Source: a bacterium
GTDB lineage: Bacteria; Hinthialibacterota; Hinthialibacteria; Hinthialibacterales; Hinthialibacteraceae
Assembly (NCBI GenBank): GCA_041946805.1
Contig: JBHGBC010000008.1
Coordinates: 1 to 64,000 of the forward strand
DNA length: 64,000 nt
Direction: 5' to 3'
A program made the position numbers and the translations under genes. This document shows positions 59,947 to 64,000 of this stretch, one piece after another (position 1 is the first letter of the stretch; the number at the start of each line of letters is the position of its first letter). The notes under the pieces were generated by a model that saw nothing but the letters and a program-made list of their open reading frames with translations, did not search any database and was not told the DNA's origin.

Positions 59947-60522
59947 ATGTCCACGATGACACGCAACACAATCAAGGGAATCACGGTTCTGCTGGCCATG
60001 GCTTTGTTGCAGGGCGGCTGCGCGCGCACTCCGAAACAGCCCGCCGGCGCGCATGTGCGGGCGGAAAAAGGGATAGGCCAGCCGGGCACGGGAGGGGATT
60101 CAGGTTCCATCACCCGTCCGCCCATGGGCGGTTCGCCGCTGCCTCTTTCGAAGCTGCCGGACGCGGGTGAGTTCCCCGGCCTGTGCGACCGCATCCACTT
60201 CGATTACGACAAGTACGAAATCAAGTCCGAATTCACCCAGTGCCTGGATCAGATCGCCGCGTACATGAATCGCCATCCGGAATACGTGTTGCTGATCGAA
60301 GGCCACTGCGACGAGCGTGGAACCCCGGAATACAACCTGACGCTGGGTGAGAACCGCGCCCAGGCCGCCGCCCACTACCTGCTGCAACGCGGCTTGCCCG
60401 CCGAGCGCGTGGTGACCAAGTCGCTGGGTGAATCGCAACCGCTGGCCATGGGACACGACGAAAGCGCCTGGCGCCTCAACCGCCGCTGCGAATTCTTCGG
60501 CGTTCCCAGCGCCGGCCGGTAA
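59947..60522 (+). CDS. pal: Peptidoglycan-associated lipoprotein (OmpA-like)
   Basis: Lipobox LQGGC, IHFDYDK, IEGHCDERGTPEYNLTLGENRA, NRRCEF. Confidence 0.93.
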   Translation: MSTMTRNTIKGITVLLAMALLQGGCARTPKQPAGAHVRAEKGIGQPGTGGDSGSITRPPMGGSPLPLSKLPDAGEFPGLCDRIHFDYDKYEIKSEFTQCLDQIAAYMNRHPEYVLLIEGHCDERGTPEYNLTLGENRAQAAAHYLLQRGLPAERVVTKSLGESQPLAMGHDESAWRLNRRCEFFGVPSAGR

Positions 60523-60553
60523 GGATCATCTGAAATATCAAGTATGAGTCGAG

Positions 60554-60583
60554 CGGGCCGGGCCCCGATGCCCGGCCTGTTTT
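60554..60583 (+). terminator. Rho-independent terminator after pal
   Basis: Stem CGGGCCGGGC/GCCCGGCCTG followed by TTTT. Confidence 0.7.
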
Positions 60584-60772
60584 CGTGCGGGTCCCCCTCT
60601 CCTGCCTCTCCATCCACTCGCATTAATATATTTTACTTCATCAGTAATTCAATCAATTCAGCCACAATTATTTATGATATAAAAATTTTATTGATTATAT
60701 AGTGGATTGGGATATAGTAATCCTCCGAAAGGGGTACATCATCACATCGAGAAGATCGTGGGGTGACGCGCC

Positions 60773-61146
60773 ATGAGCCAGTTCATCGGAAGGGCATTGA
60801 CGGGAATGGCATTATTGATGGTGACGGGTTTTCAGGCATCGGATGCGGCGGAACCGTTGATCAAGGAGTTCGTGGACTTGATCCAGGAATACGGCACGGC
60901 GGAATGGGTGGATGCGTATGGGCGGCCGGTGGGATTGGAGGGGCTGGGAAAAGCTGGGTGCAACGGCTCTTAACGATGAATTGAAGGAAGACATCCTTGC
61001 CTTCGTCTTGGATTTAAGCGACTGGCGGGAGATGAAGTGCGGATCGTGCTGGCGATAAACGTGGTTCCCGCATATTCGAAAATGGGTGCCGAGGAATCGT
61101 GGCCGCCCAACGTGATCCCGGCGCAATGGACTTCGGCGCGGATTGT
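60773..61146 (+). pseudogene. Frameshifted remnant of a secreted-protein gene
   Basis: Signal-peptide-like MSQFIGRALTGMALL..ASDA|AEP. Protein-like reading continues in other frames (LGATALNDELKEDILAFVLDL, then AGDEVRIVLAINVVP). Confidence 0.45.
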
Positions 61147-61215
61147 GGGCAGCGCGGAGACATACATGGGGCAGCCCCTTTCCTCGCTCGGTTCCAAGAC
61201 GATTTTCACTTTCAT
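61147..61215 (-). pseudogene. HicB-family antitoxin 5' fragment
   Basis: MKVKIVLEPSEERGCPMYVSALP resembles HicB N-termini (MK.KV.LEP.EEGGY.VYVP.LPG), then similarity stops. Confidence 0.6.
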
Positions 61216-61408
61216 GTCATACGCTCCCGCATGGGGGGATTGATTCGCGCATCGAATTCGATGCATGAAATACCGCCGCCGGCCCGCGATCACCTCCTCC
61301 CCCCGGGATGGTTTATTGTATCATCGAATAGAGAAAACTTGTTCCGTGCGGCGGGCAATCCCGCGCGGAGGGAAGATGGAACCATACACATGGGAGTGGA
61401 TCAATCAC

Positions 61409-64000
61409 ATGAAGCGGAAAATCTTTTCAACCATTTTCATTTCCTTTTTTCTGGCAACTTGCTTGCTTGATCCCGTGGAACAGCCGGCTTGGCCGCAATC
61501 GCCGAATCCATCCCCGTTCACGGAACCAGCCGCGGTGCAATTGACTCAAAACACCGCCATCCTTCCGCTGTATGAAGTCTTCGAAATCACGTTGGCCCAA
61601 GACCATCGTTACATGAATCCCTTTTTCGACGTGACCATCACCGTGGATTTCATCTCTCCCGGCGGGCGGAGCATTTCCATCGGCGGATTCTATTACGGCC
61701 CCGCGGATCATGCCGAGGGATCGCCGGGGACGGAGACATGGAAAGCCCGGTTCGCCCCCGCCGAGGCGGGTGAGTGGGCCTTCGCCTACCGCTTTGAGGG
61801 AAAGGGAGGGATTCACGCTACCGGTTCCGGCAAATTCACCGCGGTGAAAGGGAAAAATCCCCAACCCGGCTTCGTCCGCCGGCATCCAACCAATCCTTTC
61901 CGCTGGATCTTCGAGAACGGTGAACCGTACCACCCCATCGGCGTGCAGGATTGTTGGGGTGATAACAATGACAACGGCTCGGTGCTGGACCAGGCCTCCA
62001 TGGAAGGCCCGTTCCGCCTGGACGCGAAGAAACCCGCTCCTATGCCGCCCGGCCCGTTATTCATCCGCGGCCCCGCCAACAATCCCCAGAACGGCGATGT
62101 GTATTTCCGGCAATTCGCGCGCGCCGGCTTCAACCTGTACCGCTTCTCCCAGCAAAATTGCTCGTTTTCCTTGATGGACGGATGGGATCATTATCTCGTC
62201 AAGGAAGCCCGCATGGCCGATGAACTGCTGCGCCGCGCGCGGAAATACGGCTTCCGGATTCTTTACGGCTTGTTCGGCTATCAACCCGTCTTCAACGAGA
62301 ATCCCGGCGATCCGGCCGGCATGGAACAAGTGAAGCGTTTCACGAAATATAGCGTGGACCGCTGGGGCGCTTACGTGGATTTCTGGGAGTTTCTCAATGA
62401 ACAGAAGGCGAGTGACCAGTGGTACGCCGCGATGGCGCCCTATCTGCGGTCCATCGATCCCTACCGCCATCCCATCACCACCAGCTGGGAACACCCCGAG
62501 CTGCCCGGCATCGAGATCAACGCGCCGCATTGGTATCAAAACGAAAACGAATTGGAATCCGACCGGATAATCGCTGACCGGGCCCAGGAGTGGAAGCGCT
62601 TCAACAAGCCGGTGATCGTGGATGAACAGGGAAATTACATTGACACCCAACAACCCATCCCTCCCGGTGTGGGCGGCGTTTGGGACGAGCGTTCCGCCTT
62701 GCGGATGCGGATCCGCTGCTGGACGGCCTTTTTTAACGAGATCGCCTTTGTGTTTTGGAACACCAGCTACGCCCGCGACGGCCATTTCATGAACATCTGG
62801 CTGGGGCCCAAGGAACGGGAGTATGTCCACGCCCTGCAAAGCTTCGCCGGTGCCCTCGGCGGCGATCTCCGCATGGTCCCGGTGACGGTTTCGGCTCCCG
62901 GCGCGGCGCGCGCCTACGGCCTGGCTTCCTCGGAGCGGACGGGGGTGTATTTGCATCATTTCGGCAATCACACAGAGCCGCTGAAGGGCTTGAAGATCAC
63001 CATGGATATTCCCCGGGCGGCCACGGGCTATTGGTACGTTCCCGAAACCGCGGCTATTGCTGGAACCATCGCGGTGGCCACGGGCGCGAACACAATCGAT
63101 GTGCCGGAATTCATCGTGGACCTCGCGTTGCTGATCACTCCCGGCCCCGCGCCCGACATCGATGGTGACGGTGTCCCCAACGGCCGCGATACGGACAACG
63201 ATGAAGACGGCATTGCGAACGCGGAGGACGCATTTCCCTTGGAAACCGAGGAATGGGCCGATCAGGACGCCGATTGGATCGGGGACAACCAGGACGCCGA
63301 CGATAACGGTGACGGGACCGGGGATGACATAAACCGGAACGGAACGCCCGATTTCCAGGAGTTGGACTTCGACGGCGACGGGGTAGACCAGGCGAATGCG
63401 ATTCCCTGGGACGCGTTTCCCTGGAATCCGGCCGAATGGCGCGATACGGACAGCGACGGAACCGGCGACAACGCCGACCTCGATGACGACGGGGACGGTT
63501 GGAGCGACGCCGAGGAACACCGGGCGGGGACCGATCTATTAAATGTATTGAGTTTTCCCGTGAATTCAGGCGTTTCGGATCAATTAAACCTGGTTAAGAC
63601 TGAACCGCCCAAGCGGTTGTATCCCCAGCCGAAGATCCCCGTGTTTTGGAAATCCACGGTGGAAGATGTGGCCGCCGCGGTGAACGCGGTCCAGCGGGGA
63701 TCCGGGGAGATCATCGCCTACACTCCCGGCGGCCGCCCGGTGTACAAGGTGTCCTACGGCCAACGCGCCGATTTCCACTCGCAGGCCAACTACAACTCGG
63801 CGGCGGGCGCGGGCGATCCCGCCTTCTATGCCCGCAAAGCCGCGGATACCCCGCCGGTGGTGTTTCTCATCGGACCGGTCCATGGTCAGGAGGTCGAAGG
63901 CGTCGCCGGCATGGTGAATCTCCTCCGTGTGGCTGAAACCGGCAAGGATTGGCGGGACAAGGCTTGGCCGGACCTGCGCGCGGCCCTGGACCGTTGCCGG
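61409..64000 (+). CDS. Secreted DUF5060 + clan GH-A-like glycoside hydrolase + TSP3-like repeats + M14 metallopeptidase (3' truncated; missed by ORF track)
   Basis: Manual translation is open from ATG 61409 to the edge. Motifs: LYEVFEI..YMNPFFD..GGFY..WKARFAP; WEFLNE and VIVDEQG; DxDGDG/DAFP repeats; FLIGPVHGQEVEG. Confidence 0.88.
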   Translation, partial: MKRKIFSTIFISFFLATCLLDPVEQPAWPQSPNPSPFTEPAAVQLTQNTAILPLYEVFEITLAQDHRYMNPFFDVTITVDFISPGGRSISIGGFYYGPADHAEGSPGTETWKARFAPAEAGEWAFAYRFEGKGGIHATGSGKFTAVKGKNPQPGFVRRHPTNPFRWIFENGEPYHPIGVQDCWGDNNDNGSVLDQASMEGPFRLDAKKPAPMPPGPLFIRGPANNPQNGDVYFRQFARAGFNLYRFSQQNCSFSLMDGWDHYLVKEARMADELLRRARKYGFRILYGLFGYQPVFNENPGDPAGMEQVKRFTKYSVDRWGAYVDFWEFLNEQKASDQWYAAMAPYLRSIDPYRHPITTSWEHPELPGIEINAPHWYQNENELESDRIIADRAQEWKRFNKPVIVDEQGNYIDTQQPIPPGVGGVWDERSALRMRIRCWTAFFNEIAFVFWNTSYARDGHFMNIWLGPKEREYVHALQSFAGALGGDLRMVPVTVSAPGAARAYGLASSERTGVYLHHFGNHTEPLKGLKITMDIPRAATGYWYVPETAAIAGTIAVATGANTIDVPEFIVDLALLITPGPAPDIDGDGVPNGRDTDNDEDGIANAEDAFPLETEEWADQDADWIGDNQDADDNGDGTGDDINRNGTPDFQELDFDGDGVDQANAIPWDAFPWNPAEWRDTDSDGTGDNADLDDDGDGWSDAEEHRAGTDLLNVLSFPVNSGVSDQLNLVKTEPPKRLYPQPKIPVFWKSTVEDVAAAVNAVQRGSGEIIAYTPGGRPVYKVSYGQRADFHSQANYNSAAGAGDPAFYARKAADTPPVVFLIGPVHGQEVEGVAGMVNLLRVAETGKDWRDKAWPDLRAALDRCR

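Noticed and set aside
60773..60973. Selenocysteine or stop readthrough in the short secreted ORF
   Set aside because: The stop is TAA and the continuation is in other frames.

Overview
This GC-rich window comes from a diderm bacterium and is mostly core or accessory chromosome. I saw no prophage, integrase, transposase or CRISPR array. It begins with two tandem paralogous large secreted beta-sandwich proteins (the first is cut by the left edge), then a lytic transglycosylase, DUF58, two bPH_2 membrane proteins and an ABC exporter. A hopanoid/cobalt block follows: shc, hpnH, a CbiMNQO-type ECF transporter, an O-methyltransferase, a truncated IspG-like protein, a B12-binding radical SAM enzyme and a TPR lipoprotein. 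The middle holds yggT, an EEP hydrolase, bactofilin, a sigma54 regulator, two GT-C glycosyltransferases, moxR, tmk, a heparinase-like protein, a Wzx flippase and a GH36 alpha-galactosidase. The right part holds DUF362, a LamG protein, an AT-rich orphan HsdR_N nuclease, a long GreA, tadA, tRNA-Ser(CGA), FapA, a LysM-tolQRAB-pal locus, pseudogene debris and an ORF missed by the track (glycoside hydrolase + TSP3 + M14 peptidase, cut by the right edge). Intergenic DNA is dense with several REP-like palindrome families. The best candidates for undescribed biology are: a shared C-terminal [TA]-D-V-x-G-W-x-L-[YF]-COOH tag on unrelated secreted proteins (possible sorting signal); a barrel-less IspG next to hopanoid genes; the glycoside hydrolase-peptidase fusion; within-gene concerted evolution of repeat domains; a composite intergenic repeat; and a ~160-nt rod-like hairpin. 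All family calls come from motif recognition by eye; no database searches were run.
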